Part shown: positions 8,583-17,978 of the stretch, one piece after another | Position numbering within the stretch: the stretch's first letter is position 1 | How the letters are laid out: the number at the start of each line of letters is the position of its first letter | Assembly (NCBI GenBank): GCA_963665325.3 | Contig: CAXXWS020000003.1 | Span: 32,001 to 96,000 of the forward strand | Direction: 5' to 3' | DNA from: Alphaproteobacteria bacterium | GTDB lineage: Bacteria > Pseudomonadota > Alphaproteobacteria > Bin95 | DNA length: 64,000 bases | Position numbers and translations under genes: made by a program | The notes under the pieces: model-generated | Told to the model about the DNA's origin: nothing | Database searches by the model: none | Seen by the model: only the letters and a program-made list of their open reading frames with translations

Positions 8583-8684
8583 CGATAGCGCGGGGCACGG
8601 TACTCTTGTCTTGCCCCACGCTCAGCCCGGTTCATGCAAGACAGCGAGCGAGCATGCGAACCGCGCGCACCGACCGGACCGACG

Positions 8685-9011
8685 TCAATCGCGGGCGTTG
8701 TGTTCAGCGATGCCGGCAAGCTCGACCGGAGGGCGGTCGGGGAAGCGGGCAACCAGTGACAGGCTGCCGCCCATCGCCTCGACGGTCTTGCGCAGCGTGG
8801 ACAGCAGCAGGTCGCTGCGCTGTTCCAGCCGGGAGATGGCGTCCTGGCTGATACCGAGCTCGCGCGCGACGCTCGCCTGGGTGAGCCGACGGGCCTTGCG
8901 CAGCTCGCGCAACGTCATTTCCTCGGCGATCAGCTCAGCCGCCCGCTCCTCGATCCTGCGCCGTCGCTCGGGGTCGAGGCCGGCGATCACGTCTTCCACA
9001 TCCAGCGCCAT
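8685..9011 (-). CDS. XRE/HigA-like HTH antitoxin
   Basis: LRELRKARRLTQASVARELGISQDAISRLEQRSDLLLSTLR; directly downstream of toxin. Confidence 0.88.
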   Translation of the reverse strand: MALDVEDVIAGLDPERRRRIEERAAELIAEEMTLRELRKARRLTQASVARELGISQDAISRLEQRSDLLLSTLRKTVEAMGGSLSLVARFPDRPPVELAGIAEHNARD

Positions 9012-9026
9012 GACGATTCTCCTTCT

Positions 9027-9383
9027 CTATCTGTCGGCGAGCCGGGCAAGGTGCCGGTCGAAGCGTTCGTCGGCCTTGCGGATCAATACGCGGTAGAACC
9101 GCCGCTCGCTGCCGCCCGACTTGTCGCCGGCCACCAGAAGCATGGCGCGGCGGACGGGATCGAACGCGAAGGCGACCCGCCACTCCCCGCCTGCCGCGCT
9201 GAGCCGCATCTCCTTCATGTTCGCGTGCCGCGACCCGTTCAGCGTGTCCACCTGCGGCCGGCCCAGTTGCGGACCGAACTGCCGCAGAAGGCGCGTCATG
9301 GTCAGGATCGTATCCTGAACCTCCAACTGTAGAGCAAAGAACTCGGGCTCGAACTCCTCGGCAATCCGGACCTGCCAACTCAT
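9027..9383 (-). CDS. RelE/ParE-superfamily (HigB-like) type II toxin
   Basis: GPQLGRPQVDTLNGSRHANMKEMR, WRVAFAFDP, LLVAGDKSG motifs. Confidence 0.88.
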   Translation of the reverse strand: MSWQVRIAEEFEPEFFALQLEVQDTILTMTRLLRQFGPQLGRPQVDTLNGSRHANMKEMRLSAAGGEWRVAFAFDPVRRAMLLVAGDKSGGSERRFYRVLIRKADERFDRHLARLADR

Positions 9384-9445
9384 GACGGCAGGATGGAACT
9401 GCCGCGATATGAAGTCAAGGACATGTCCGCGGCGGCGGCTGGTCC

Positions 9446-9562
9446 CTGCGGTGCGGCATCGTCATCGCATCGAACCTCCACGGCCTCGAGAGGCGTCGCG
9501 GCCGGGGTGGAGCCTCACCCGGGCGCGGACCCGGCGAACTCTACGCCATGGCGGGCGCGGGC
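9446..9562. repeat. 117-bp direct repeat, copy 2
   Basis: Matches 8466-8582 at an offset of 980 bp. Confidence 0.9.
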
Positions 9563-9758
9563 GGACATCGCGGCTCAGGCGCTTCCCTTGCGGTTGCGGC
9601 GGTGGTACAAGGTGGAAGACCACCGTGCGATACTTGGCGTCCTTCGACCTTGGGGGGCGCCGTCGCCCCGACACAGTAGGGACAGGGCCATGATCGGATA
9701 TGTGAACAGGGCTTGGGTTGCGTTCTCCGCCGCCGTTGCGGCGATGGGCAATTCGGGG

Positions 9759-9790
9759 TTGACAAACGGAGATGACGCCACGGCTATAAT
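9759..9790 (+). promoter_or_regulatory. Sigma70-like promoter candidate for the autotransporter gene
   Basis: Perfect TTGACA (9759-9764) and TATAAT (9785-9790) in GC-rich DNA, but with a 20-bp spacer. Confidence 0.55.
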
Positions 9791-9901
9791 GGTCGCCGGG
9801 TCGCCGGGTCGCCGGGTCGCCGGGTCGCCGGGTCGCCGGGTCGCCGGGTCGCCGGGTCGCCGGGTCGCCGGGTCGCCGGGTCGCCGGGTCGCCGGGTCGC
9901 C
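9791..9901. repeat. Perfect 8-bp tandem repeat (GGTCGCCG), 13 full copies plus 7 nt
   Basis: Read directly from the sequence. Confidence 0.97.
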
Positions 9902-9924
9902 CCACCTGCGTCCGCGTGACGGCC

Positions 9925-12900
9925 ATGAGCGTTCCCGCATGGCTATGCCGCTACTGGCGTCCCTCCTCACCGCCTGAATCTTCCTCCTCCGCCGGACTGC
10001 GTTCAGCATCAGGCCGTCCCGCTTCCTCCTCAGACAGCTTCGATTCTTCCGTCACCCGTGCCGCAGCGGGCGTGCGCCATGCCGCGCCCGGCCCGCGCGC
10101 TTTCCTTGCTTCCGCGTTCCCGGGCGCCTCCACTGCGGGCCGCCTCCTCCGCCGTTCCGCGGCGGCGTTCCTGCTCGCCCTGCCGCTTCTGGGCGTGTCG
10201 GCGCCTGCCGTCCTTGCCCAGGGCCCGGTATTATCTATTGCTACAGGCACCACCCCCACACCAGAAGATACTCCGCATGGGATTCTGAATTGCAACATTC
10301 TGGGCGGCGTAAATCCATCGATGAGAATCAATCTGCACGTCACCCAGACCGGCGACTTTCTGAGGCCCGGACAGACCGGCAACAGGGTGTACATTCCAAA
10401 CATCCCTAGGAACACTGGGTTCGTTCCAGTAACGATTGACAACGACAACGTGGACGAGCCCGACGGCACGGTGACCTGCACGCTGCTGCCCGGCACGGGA
10501 TATAGGGTCCATAGCACACGGGATAGGTCTGATAGACCCATCGCTGACGACGATCCGACCATCGTCTCGCTCGCGCGTGTGGGCAGCGGCGCGGTTGACG
10601 AGGGGAGCACGGCGGAGTTCACGGTGACGCTGGGCCGCGCGCTGGTTGCGGGCGAGATCGTGGACGTTCCGCTGGCGGTCGGCGGCACGGCCTCCACGGC
10701 CGACCGGAGCCTGGCGCTGAAGTCCGGCGGGTCCCTCAACACGGGCGTGACGCTTACGGGCCAGGCGACGGCGACCCCGAAGCTGCGCTTCTCGGGCGCG
10801 GCCGCGCAGACGGCGACGCTGGTGCTGACCGCTAGGTACGACTCCTGGAAAGACCACGGCGAGACCGTCACGGTGGCGCTGGGCCCGGACGGCACGGGGT
10901 CGAACGGGTTCGACCACTCCAGCGGCGGCACCAACGTGGGCGGCGGCGCGGACCCGCACGGCACGAACAACGAGTTCACCGTCACCATCAACAACACCAT
11001 CGCCACCACCAGCGCGGGCCACTTCTGGTTCGATTCGTGGCCCGCAGATGGAGCCGGAAATGTCGCACTCGGCTCCTCATCTACCATTTACGAAGGGGAC
11101 AGCATCACCTACACGGTCAAGAGGAGTCAGGAAGCTGGCGCGGCCACGGTGGACTATGCGACCGCCGACATCTCGGCCAAAGCGCCCGGCGACTACACCC
11201 ATGTCTCGGGCACCCTGCACTTCGCACGTGGTGATCGTTTCAAGAGTTTCACCGTCCGGACCGTTTGCGACAACGTGGGGCATGAACTCCCCGAGCAGTT
11301 CTGGCTGATCCTGTCGAACCCGACCGGCGGGTATAGCCTTACCAGTACAAACAGAACCTACCCGCACAAAAGCAGGGTGATGATAAAGCCGGTGCGTAAC
11401 TGTACGGGGGGGCAGCGCAAGCTGACGGTCCCGGAGGTGACGATCTCGGCGGACCGGGCCTCGGTGACGGAGGGCGGCGACGTGACGTTCACGGCGACGG
11501 CGAGCCCTGCGCCGCAGCAGGCCCTGACGGTGAACGTCGGTCACTTCGAGGAAATGGGGGACGGCCTGGAATACCGGGGCCAGGGGGGAACGGACACGGT
11601 GACGATCGCGGTGGGCCAGACGACGGCGAGCTGGACGGTGACGACGATGTCGGACGAGGACGACCTGGCCGACGGCACGGTGGTGGGCAACATTGCAGCG
11701 GGCGACAACTACACGGTAGGCGATCCGTCGGAGGTGACGGTTGCGCTGCTCGACGACGACGGGGCGGTGCCGCAGGACGTGCCGGATTCGGTCGTGGGCG
11801 ACCCCGCGACCCCGGCCATCGACCCGGCGCTGGTCGCCGAGGTCAGGGCCCGCGCGGCGGAGACGCGGCACGGCGCGGCGCATGTGAACCGCTGGCGGCG
11901 GGTGCTGATGGCGTTCGGTGTGGAGACCTATGCGGGTCTCGCGCCGACGACGGCGGCGGAGGCCAAGGCGAACGCGAAGCGGTACAGCAGCCCGCTGTGG
12001 CCCCGGATCGCGACCGTGCTGACGGCGCTGGAGGCGGCGGCCGCACTGGCGGAGCAGCAGGAACAACAACCCGCGACCGTGCCCGGGATCACGGTCTCGG
12101 CCGGCAACGCGGTGACCGAGGGCGAGGACGCGACTTTCACGGTCACGGCGAGCCCGGCGCCTGCCTCGCCCCTGTCGGTGAGCGTGACGGTGGCGGCCGA
12201 GGGCGACTTCGGACTGACCGTGGGCGAGCGGCCCGTCACCATCCCGACGACGGGCAGCGTCACGCTGACGCTGACGACGGAGAACGACGACGCCGACGAG
12301 CCCGACGGCTCGGCGAGCGTGACGGTGAATGCGGGCGAGGGCTACACGGTGGGCGATCCCGCGTCCGGCACCGTATCCATAGCGGACGACGACGCGCCGC
12401 TGCCCGGGATCACGGTCTCGGCCGGGGATGCGGTCACCGAAGGCGGCGACGCGACCTTCACGGTCACGGCGAGCCCGGCGCCTACATCGCCCCTGTCGGT
12501 GAGCGTGACGGTGGCGGCCGAGGGCGACTTCGGACTGACCACGGGCACGCGGACCGTCAGCATCCCGACCGCGGGCAGCTTCATGCTGACGCTGGCGACG
12601 ACCGGCGACGATGCGGACGAGCCGGACGGCTCGGCGAGCGTGACGGTGAACGCGGGCGACGGCTACACGGTGGGCGACCCCGCGTCGGGGACGGTCGCGG
12701 TGCGCGACGACGACCTGCCGCCGCCGGCGGTGTCGATCGCGGCGACGGCGGCCTCGGTGACGGAGGGCGGCGCGGCCGCCTTCACGCTGACCGCCGACCG
12801 CGCGCCCGACGCCGACCTGACGGTGACGCTTTCGGTCGCGGAGACCGGGGACGGCGACCATGTGGCGGCGGCGGACGAGGGTCCGGCCACGGCGACGATC

Positions 12901-15069
12901 GCGAAGGGAGCAACGGAGGCGTTGTTCTCCGTCGCCACGGTGGATGACGACGTGGACGAGCCGGACGGTTCGGTCACGGTGACGCTGAAGGACGGCGGGG
13001 GCTACACGGTCCCGTCGCCGCCGGGCAATGCGGCCACGGTGACGGTCTCCGACGACGACGCGGCGGTCGGCCCGGCGCTCTCGGTCGACGATGCGACGGG
13101 CAAGGAGAACGGCCGCCTTCCGGTGATGCCGTTCACGGTGCGGCTGTCGGCGCCCTCGCAGGCGCCGGTGCGGGTGCATGTCTCGACGCGGCCCTCGACG
13201 CCGGTGTCGGCGACCCCGAGGGTCGACTATGCGCCGGGCAGCTACAACCTGCTGTTCCGCGCGGGCGAGACCGAGAAGCAGGTATGGATCTGGATCTACA
13301 ACGACAGCCATGACGAGGAGCCGGAGACGTTCGAGGTGGTGCTGTCGGCGGCGCAAGGCGCGCCGGTGGGCGACGGTGTAGCGGTTGGGACGATCGTGAA
13401 CGACGACCCGATGCCGGCGGCGTGGCTGGCGCGGTTCGGGCGCACGGTGGCGGAGCAGGCGCTGGACGGGATCGCGGGCCGCATGTCGGCGGACCGCACG
13501 CCCGGTATGCAGGGCTCGATCGCCGGGCAGGCGCTCTCGTTCGATCCGGCCGCCAACGACAACCCCGGATCGCGGGGAGCCGGCCCCGGCCTCCGAGCCG
13601 GGGGGGCAGGCGCGGCTGCGGGCAATGTTGCGGCCGGGTCCTCGACACTCGGAGGGACTGGGTCTCCGGCGCTAGCCGACGTCGCGCAGGCGTTCGGCGG
13701 CCAGTCCGGCCACTCCGGCCCGGGCGGCTTCGGTCATGACGCGGCGGGCTTCGGTCCCGGCCTGCAAGCCGGGGAGGCAAGCGCGGCAGGCTTCTCGCAA
13801 TCGCAAACCATGACGGCGCGCGACGCGCTGCTGGGATCGAGCTTCTCGCTGACCGGCGCGGCGGACGGCTCGGGCGGCAGCATGGCGTTCTGGGGCCGTG
13901 CGGCTCAGGGCGGCTTCGACGGCCGGGAGGGGACGTTCTCGCTCGACGGCACGGTCACCACCGGCATGTTGGGCGCGGACTATGCCCGCGGCAAGTGGCT
14001 GGTGGGGCTGGCGCTTGCGCAAAGCGAGGGCGAGGGCGATTACCGCGACAGCGATGTCAGCCCCCGTCCCGACGGCCAGACCTGTCCCGCGATTGACGGA
14101 CAGGAGATGCCGGAGTGGTGCAACGGGGCCGTGCGCGCGGGCGACGGCAGTGTGGAGGCGTCGCTGACGGCGGCGATCCCCTATGCGGCGTTGCAGGCTT
14201 CGGAGCGTCTGAAGCTCTGGGGCGCGGCGGGCTACGGCACGGGCGAAGTGACGCTCAAGACCGCGCTCGGCGGCAGCTACAAGGCGGACACCACCTGGAG
14301 CATGGCGGCGGCGGGGCTCAGGGGCGACCTGCTGGCGCCCCCCGCTGAGGGCAGCGGTCCCGCCCTGGCGGTGACCTCGGACGCCCTGTGGACGCGGAGC
14401 TCGTCTGAGAAGACGGACCAGCTCGCGGCGTCGGACTCCGACGCGACCCGGCTGCGGCTCGGCCTGGAGGGCAGCTACCGCATGGCCTTTGAAGGCGGCG
14501 GTCATGTCACGCCGAAGCTGGAGATCGGCGCGCGCCATGACGGCGGCGACGCGGAGACCGGCTTCGGAGTCGAGCTCGGCGGCGGCATCGCGTGGACCGA
14601 CCCGGCGCTGGGGCTCTCGCTCGACGTGTCGGGCCGCACGCTGATCGCGCACGGCAACGACGACCTGAAGGACCGGGGCTATGCGGCCGCGCTTGCCTTC
14701 GATCCGGACCCGGCGACGCGGCGGGGGCCGTCGCTGAGCCTGCGCCAGGAGTTCGGCGGGCAGGCGCAGGGCGGGCTCGACGCGCTGTTCCAGCCGGCGA
14801 CGCTGGAGGACCGCACGGGCGGCGAGGCCACATCCCGCTGGGCGATGGAGGCGGCATACGGCTTCCCGGCCTTCGGCGGGCGCTGGACCGGCAGCCCGCA
14901 TGTCGGATTGGGGCTGGCGGCGGCTGCGCGCGACTACAGCGTCGGCTGGCGGCTCGCGCCGGAGACCAACGCGCCCGACCTCTCCTTCGGGGTGAAGGCG
15001 AGTCGTCGGGAGACCGATACGGACGCGCCGGAGCATACGGTCGGGTTCGAGGTCCGCGCCCGCTGGTGA
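9925..15069 (+). CDS. Large Calx-beta/Ig-repeat surface protein with C-terminal autotransporter-like beta-barrel
   Basis: Extended signal peptide ending AVLA; repeated VTEG...FTVT...DDxDEPDG...DDD modules; linker AWLARFGRT; amphipathic beta-strand C-terminus ending in W; start could be 9916. Confidence 0.85.
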   Translation: MSVPAWLCRYWRPSSPPESSSSAGLRSASGRPASSSDSFDSSVTRAAAGVRHAAPGPRAFLASAFPGASTAGRLLRRSAAAFLLALPLLGVSAPAVLAQGPVLSIATGTTPTPEDTPHGILNCNILGGVNPSMRINLHVTQTGDFLRPGQTGNRVYIPNIPRNTGFVPVTIDNDNVDEPDGTVTCTLLPGTGYRVHSTRDRSDRPIADDDPTIVSLARVGSGAVDEGSTAEFTVTLGRALVAGEIVDVPLAVGGTASTADRSLALKSGGSLNTGVTLTGQATATPKLRFSGAAAQTATLVLTARYDSWKDHGETVTVALGPDGTGSNGFDHSSGGTNVGGGADPHGTNNEFTVTINNTIATTSAGHFWFDSWPADGAGNVALGSSSTIYEGDSITYTVKRSQEAGAATVDYATADISAKAPGDYTHVSGTLHFARGDRFKSFTVRTVCDNVGHELPEQFWLILSNPTGGYSLTSTNRTYPHKSRVMIKPVRNCTGGQRKLTVPEVTISADRASVTEGGDVTFTATASPAPQQALTVNVGHFEEMGDGLEYRGQGGTDTVTIAVGQTTASWTVTTMSDEDDLADGTVVGNIAAGDNYTVGDPSEVTVALLDDDGAVPQDVPDSVVGDPATPAIDPALVAEVRARAAETRHGAAHVNRWRRVLMAFGVETYAGLAPTTAAEAKANAKRYSSPLWPRIATVLTALEAAAALAEQQEQQPATVPGITVSAGNAVTEGEDATFTVTASPAPASPLSVSVTVAAEGDFGLTVGERPVTIPTTGSVTLTLTTENDDADEPDGSASVTVNAGEGYTVGDPASGTVSIADDDAPLPGITVSAGDAVTEGGDATFTVTASPAPTSPLSVSVTVAAEGDFGLTTGTRTVSIPTAGSFMLTLATTGDDADEPDGSASVTVNAGDGYTVGDPASGTVAVRDDDLPPPAVSIAATAASVTEGGAAAFTLTADRAPDADLTVTLSVAETGDGDHVAAADEGPATATIAKGATEALFSVATVDDDVDEPDGSVTVTLKDGGGYTVPSPPGNAATVTVSDDDAAVGPALSVDDATGKENGRLPVMPFTVRLSAPSQAPVRVHVSTRPSTPVSATPRVDYAPGSYNLLFRAGETEKQVWIWIYNDSHDEEPETFEVVLSAAQGAPVGDGVAVGTIVNDDPMPAAWLARFGRTVAEQALDGIAGRMSADRTPGMQGSIAGQALSFDPAANDNPGSRGAGPGLRAGGAGAAAGNVAAGSSTLGGTGSPALADVAQAFGGQSGHSGPGGFGHDAAGFGPGLQAGEASAAGFSQSQTMTARDALLGSSFSLTGAADGSGGSMAFWGRAAQGGFDGREGTFSLDGTVTTGMLGADYARGKWLVGLALAQSEGEGDYRDSDVSPRPDGQTCPAIDGQEMPEWCNGAVRAGDGSVEASLTAAIPYAALQASERLKLWGAAGYGTGEVTLKTALGGSYKADTTWSMAAAGLRGDLLAPPAEGSGPALAVTSDALWTRSSSEKTDQLAASDSDATRLRLGLEGSYRMAFEGGGHVTPKLEIGARHDGGDAETGFGVELGGGIAWTDPALGLSLDVSGRTLIAHGNDDLKDRGYAAALAFDPDPATRRGPSLSLRQEFGGQAQGGLDALFQPATLEDRTGGEATSRWAMEAAYGFPAFGGRWTGSPHVGLGLAAAARDYSVGWRLAPETNAPDLSFGVKASRRETDTDAPEHTVGFEVRARW
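12080..12721 (+). repeat. Tandem 321-bp (107-aa) duplication within the autotransporter
   Basis: PGITVSAG...DPASGTV...DDD unit begins at 12080 and 12401 with near-identical DNA. Confidence 0.9.
13564..13605. repeat. 42-bp palindromic repeat within coding sequence, copy 1
   Basis: CCCGGATCGCGGGGAGCCGGCCCCGGCCTCCGAGCCGGGGGG; about 40/42 identical to 23547-23588. Confidence 0.75.
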
Positions 15070-15089
15070 GCGCGGCGCGCGCGTTGACC

Positions 15090-15852
15090 ATGGCGGGATC
15101 CGGCCGAAAGCTGCCCGAGGACGGCGGGGTGTGGGCGTGGCAGGTGCTGCGGGACCGGGAGGACTACCGCGAGGCGTGGGCGGCCCGTGCGGGTTGTGCC
15201 GCCGCGCCCGATCTCGAGCCGGCGCCCTTTCCGGTCCGCGTCCAGTCGGCGGGCGATCTCGACGCGGCGCGCTGGGGTCTGCTGGCCTGGGAGGACCCGG
15301 AGGCGGTGGACGGGCCGGGTTCCGCGTTCTGGTCGGACGCTCCGATGCTGGGTTGCGCGCTCGGCGAGGGCGAGCCGGCGCTTGTCGACCTGCTCGAGGA
15401 GGCCGGGTCCACGGTGACCGGGTTGAGGCTCGCGGGTGGGGCACTGATCCTGAAGATCGAGCGCGGTCCCGATGCGGTGCAGCTGCGGCTGGCCGATGCG
15501 GCGGCGTTCCCCGGGGGCGGCGGCATCGAGCTGCGGCACGGCATTGCAGGGCTGCCGGCGACGGCGGCGCGGGAGCTGGAGCTGTGGGCGCTTGCCGGCG
15601 AGGCGGCTCCCCCTCCCGGGGGCGATATCGGGGGGCGGGGCACGTGAGCTCCTGATTGCGCTGAACGGGCGGCGGGCGAAGAGGGACGCCCGCGTGATCG
15701 CGGTCGAGCTTTACGGCGCGAAGCTGGCGGCGGAGTGGGAGACCGACGGCTGGCTGCGTTCGCGCACGCGGCGCCAGCTGCGCAAGGCGAAGCGGTTCGT
15801 GGAAGAGCGGCGGGGCTGGGACTACCGCGCGATGGCGGTGCGGCCGGGCTGA
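15090..15852 (+). CDS. FseA-like ICE activator (DUF6499 + DUF2285), split by a +1 frameshift near 15630
   Basis: Frame 1 (15090-15647): WAWQVLRDREDYREAW and RWGLLAWEDP; +1 frame: LLIALNGRRAKRDARVIAVELYG...WLRSRTRRQLRKAK...DYR; lies upstream of an rdfS-like gene. Confidence 0.7.
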
Positions 15853-16397
15853 GCCGCCGGGCGCCCGGACCGGGCGAAGCCGCCGATGTTCGCCGCTGCC
15901 GGGTGCGGGCCCCGGTGTGTGCGGCCGCGCCCCGGAGCCCGCTCTCCCATGCCGTGTCCGTCATCCGTCACCGTCATGGACGGGGCGCCGGATGCGCCTG
16001 CAGGTCGCCGGGGAGCGGCCCCGGCGCCTGACGGAGGCTGGCATCGTGTGCGGCAATATTCGCCCGGGTTGACGATCCCCGCGATTGCGGCGGGCTGTGC
16101 CATCCGGCTGAACCGCGATCCGGTATTGCCGATGTTCCGTAATCCGGCTGACGGCTGACGGCCGTCCGCCGCCCGCGGGCCGGTGACGCGCAATCGCAAC
16201 CGTCCCTCCACCGCCGGCGCCGGTCCCGCAAACGCCATCCCGCCCGGTCTGCCGGATCGCACCGTTCCGGCGCGGTCCGCCGCCCGATTCGCGATTTCGC
16301 CGCCGTGCTCCGGCCCGTGCCGTGGACGGCGTACGCGCCCGGCCGCGGCGATGTCGGCGCCTGGCGGCCCGTGGCGGTTTCTGGCGGCTCCTGCGGG

Positions 16398-16425
16398 GGG
16401 TCGTTTTCGACTCGCAAAACGACCC
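16398..16425. promoter_or_regulatory. Inverted repeat upstream of the excisionase-tra operon
   Basis: GGGTCGTTTT-N8-AAAACGACCC, about 100 bp before the first gene. Confidence 0.45.
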
Positions 16426-16524
16426 TCCCCCCGCGCCCGGTTCTTCGCTTCGATCGCTGCAGCGGACGCGCCCGGAACGGCCCGGGCGGTCCTCGGACCG
16501 AGGCAACGGAGAAGGGGGAACGGG

Positions 16525-16779
16525 ATGGCGAAGAAGACCAGGTATCTGAAGACCCGCAAGGCGGCGAAGCATCTCGGGATGTCGGTGCGCACGCTGGAGC
16601 GCTACCGGCTGTCGGGGGGCGGGCCGGTGTTCCACCGCTTCCGGAGCGGGGTGCGCTACCTGCGCGCGGACCTCGATTCGTGGGCGGCGACGCGGCGGCG
16701 CAATTCGACCTCGGACGACGGTCCGGGGGAGCGCCCCGGTCCGGGGAAGGATCCCGCACCGCCGGGGTCCGGGCGATGA
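16525..16779 (+). CDS. RdfS/AlpA-like HTH excisionase (recombination directionality factor)
   Basis: RYLKTRKAAKHLGMSVRTLERYRLSGGGPVFHRFRSGVRYLRADLDSWA...STSD. Confidence 0.85.
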   Translation: MAKKTRYLKTRKAAKHLGMSVRTLERYRLSGGGPVFHRFRSGVRYLRADLDSWAATRRRNSTSDDGPGERPGPGKDPAPPGSGR

Positions 16780-17090
16780 GGGGCGCGGGAGATGCCGGCG
16801 CCGCGCGCCTTGCCGCCGTCATGGCGCTCGCCGCGGCGGCGGTGCTGGCCGGACCGGATATCGTGCTGGCGAGCACCGACACGACCTTCGGCGATCCGCT
16901 GGATACGGTCGAGGGGATCGTCGGCGGCACCGGCGGGCAGCTCGCGGCGGCGCTCGCCGTCGGCGCGGCCCTGGTCGGCTCGGTGCTGCGCTTCAACGCG
17001 ATGCAGCTGATGGGCGCGGTCGGGGTCGGCATAGCGGCCGGCGCCGGCACCGGCATCGTGACCGGCCTGGTCGGCACGGCGATCGTGTGA
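16776..17090 (+). CDS. traA: Conjugative pilin precursor
   Basis: ~104 aa with signal peptide and two hydrophobic helices; directly before traL. Confidence 0.7.
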   Translation: MRGAGDAGAARLAAVMALAAAAVLAGPDIVLASTDTTFGDPLDTVEGIVGGTGGQLAAALAVGAALVGSVLRFNAMQLMGAVGVGIAAGAGTGIVTGLVGTAIV

Positions 17091-17383
17091 TGAACGACAC
17101 CGCGCGCCACACCATCCCGCGCCGTCTCGACGACCCGGAGCGCTGGCTGTTCTGGACCGTCGACGAGGCGGCGGCGCTGATGGGCCCGGCGCTCCTCGGG
17201 CTTGCCGCCAACCAGTTCGTGCCGGGGCTGGTGGCCGGCGTCGGCGGCTGGCTGCTGCTCAGGCGCGTGAAGCGCGGCGGCGGGGCCAACATCGCGCGCT
17301 ACGCGCTCTACTGGTTCCTGCCGGACTTCGTGCTGCGCCTTGAACGCACGCCGCCGAGCCATCTGCGGCGCTTCGCCGGGTGA
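17090..17383 (+). CDS. traL: F-type T4SS protein TraL
   Basis: IPRRLDDP..LFWTVDE and LYWFLP...TPPS motifs. Confidence 0.9.
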   Translation: MNDTARHTIPRRLDDPERWLFWTVDEAAALMGPALLGLAANQFVPGLVAGVGGWLLLRRVKRGGGANIARYALYWFLPDFVLRLERTPPSHLRRFAG

Positions 17384-17405
17384 GGCGCGGAGCGGGAACG
17401 GGGCG

Positions 17406-17978
17406 ATGAACCGCGCCTTCATGGAGACCGGCATCCGGCGCGCCCGCGATATCAGGGTGGCGCTGGCCGGGCTGCTGGCGCTGTCGATGACCGCCAACCT
17501 GGCGCTGACCGTGGGCTTCGTCGGGCGCGAGACGGCGACCGTGCTGGTGCCGGCGGCGGCGGGGCCTTCCTGGGCGGTGGGCGGCGGCGGCGCCGGCGAG
17601 GGCCGCGCCGGCGCGCGCTATCTGGAGGACATGGCGCGCACGGTGGCGGTGACGCTGCTGACGCTGACGCCGGAGAACGCGGCCCATGTCCGCCTTGCGG
17701 CGGCGCGCCTGGCGCACCCGTCCGCGCGCGGCGCCATCGGCGCCTGGGTCGAGGCCGAGGCGGCGCGCATGGCCGGGCGCGACCTCGCGAGCGCGTTCTA
17801 TCCCGACAGTATCGAGGCCGACCCGGCGCGGCTCGGCGTCGAGGTCGCGGGCGAGCTGGTGACCTGGATCGGGCGCGAGGAGGCCTCGCGCGAGGACCGG
17901 CGCTACCGGCTCGCGTTCCGCATCGACGCCGGGCGCATCGGCCTTGTGCGCTTCGAACAGATGGAGACCGGAAAATGA
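17406..17978 (+). CDS. traE: F-type T4SS protein TraE
   Basis: N-terminal TM, TVLVP, YLEDMA...LLTLTPEN, SAFYP; L-E-K-B gene order. Confidence 0.88.
   Translation: MNRAFMETGIRRARDIRVALAGLLALSMTANLALTVGFVGRETATVLVPAAAGPSWAVGGGGAGEGRAGARYLEDMARTVAVTLLTLTPENAAHVRLAAARLAHPSARGAIGAWVEAEAARMAGRDLASAFYPDSIEADPARLGVEVAGELVTWIGREEASREDRRYRLAFRIDAGRIGLVRFEQMETGK

Noticed and set aside
6088-9096. 1002-aa plus-strand ORF, and 5420-7876 on the minus strand
   Set aside because: Shadow frames over the integrases and TA genes; Arg/Gly/Ala-rich with no motifs, as expected in high-GC DNA.
8466-9562. 117-bp repeats as integron attC sites
   Set aside because: No RYYYAAC/GTTRRRY ends, and no integron-integrase features recognised in the integrases.
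9791-9901. Repeat tract as a CRISPR array or repeat-protein gene
   Set aside because: No spacers and no cas genes; the ORFs crossing it are just translations of the 8-mer.
15873-15894. GGCGAA-N10-TTCGCC as an FseA box
   Set aside because: The spacer is shorter than the one I recall for the rdfS promoter and it lies over 600 bp from the excisionase start; may be chance in GC-rich DNA.
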